Assembly: GCA_012295275.1 (NCBI GenBank)
Contig: CM022679.1
Span: 9,548,001 to 9,612,000, forward strand
Direction of reading: 5' to 3'
Length of the DNA: 64,000 nucleotides
Source of the DNA: Chrysomallon squamiferum
Lineage: Eukaryota; Animalia; Mollusca
The notes beneath the pieces were generated by a model. That model saw only the letters and a list, made by a program, of their open reading frames with translations, did not search any database and was not told the DNA's origin. Both the position numbers and the translations under genes were made by a program. Below, piece after piece: positions 53,891 through 64,000 of the stretch (the stretch's first letter is position 1; each line of letters opens with the position of its first letter).

Positions 53891-54980
53891 ATCACTGACA
53901 CGTTCTGTCGCCAGACAGCAACTGTTGATTAATCCATGACGACGATCACAACAATGTAAGAAGAATTCAGCTTCAGAATGAGCGACCACGATCGTTCAGA
54001 TATGCTGAAGACTTTCTTTCACAGTACTATCACAGTTCTCCTCCTCCCCGGCAGTAGTCACAGCTGTGTAAAATTAAAATATATTCATAATAATCCACGA
54101 ACTTGCATAAGAGAGATTAGTCTCCGTCATCGAAAACCTGTTAAACGTATTCCACACAGTCACTGAAAAGAAGCAAAGATAATGTCATAACCATTACTTT
54201 CCAGCAGTAGGCACTTTAGTTTGCATTTTCGAATCACATTTTCAGTCACGTTAAATTTTCACAGACAGTTTAATAAATCCTTCATGAAACACAGAATATC
54301 TCACAACCTTTTTTTTTTTTTTTTTTTTTTTTTTTGTTCTCTCTAATCATCTGTTATATAACCAGAGTGTACACAAACCTGATCATTTCTGTTTTTTTTT
54401 TTTTTTTTTTTTATGAGCCACAAGTCAATGCTGAATGTTCAGAACTTTTTATATATACACTGTGAGGAATGATTCATGAGAGACAGACAGGCGGAAAGTT
54501 TCTATTCACATCGTTATATAAATGAATATTTATATACTTCAGTCACCTTGACGACACACGCTCGTAAAAGAAAGTTTTCAATACTAAATCAGTTCACTCT
54601 AGTGATTCTCGATATCACAATTTGATGACGTCATCTGTGTTGTGTATTTTTAAAAAATCACGTTTAGTACTGGTATCAGGCATTTTAATACAATTTCATT
54701 TCACTTCTTCAGTTTAGCGTACATTAATGATTACTGTTATTATTATTATTATGTTTTTTTTTTGTTTTTTTTTACCGAAGTAATGAAGTTTTGCATTCCT
54801 TTTGCAACATTAACGAACAGCAAACACTTTTAAATGACGTAAAAATGTCATCAAGTCGAGTCTCTCTCTTGTATTTTTTTTTTATTACAGCTTTAACCAA
54901 ACTGATTACTTCCACATTCAAATCCTGATACATGACGTCTCAGATTTTAATTCTGTGAAAACTCCTCGAGTATGAAAAGA

Positions 54981-64000
<9,020 letters not shown>

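Overview
AT-rich, microsatellite-dense eukaryotic (invertebrate, probably molluscan) genomic DNA. Most short ORFs in the track are repeat artefacts. By manually splicing GT-AG exons I reconstruct five genes. (1) The 5' end of ZGRF1 on the minus strand (probable non-coding exon 1 ending at 7820, coding exons 3514-3534 and 2900-2980). (2) An intronless, atypical aminergic-type rhodopsin-family GPCR (4515-5681, +), nested antisense in ZGRF1 intron 1 and bracketed by ~170-bp direct repeats. (3) An uncharacterised 602-aa acidic, Asn/Asp/His-rich type I membrane protein (5 exons, 7976-21318, +), head-to-head with ZGRF1 across a ~150-bp CpG-rich promoter. (4) An alpha-1,3-fucosyltransferase (GT10, minus strand) with at least two phase-compatible alternative 5' coding exons, one of which lies between 52-bp inverted repeats. 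(5) The last 10 exons of a BAHCC1/TNRC18 (winged eye)-family Tudor-like + BAH chromatin reader (minus strand). The window also holds non-autonomous Tc1/mariner, Kolobok-like and PIF/Harbinger-like elements, a decayed SINE, several minisatellites, CTCF-like motifs, and a visible CpG-poor to CpG-retaining transition near 26 kb. I found no prokaryote-type novel system. The best leads are the repeat-flanked nested GPCR, the alternative N-termini of the fucosyltransferase and the orphan acidic membrane protein. All family assignments come from motif recall, not database searches.
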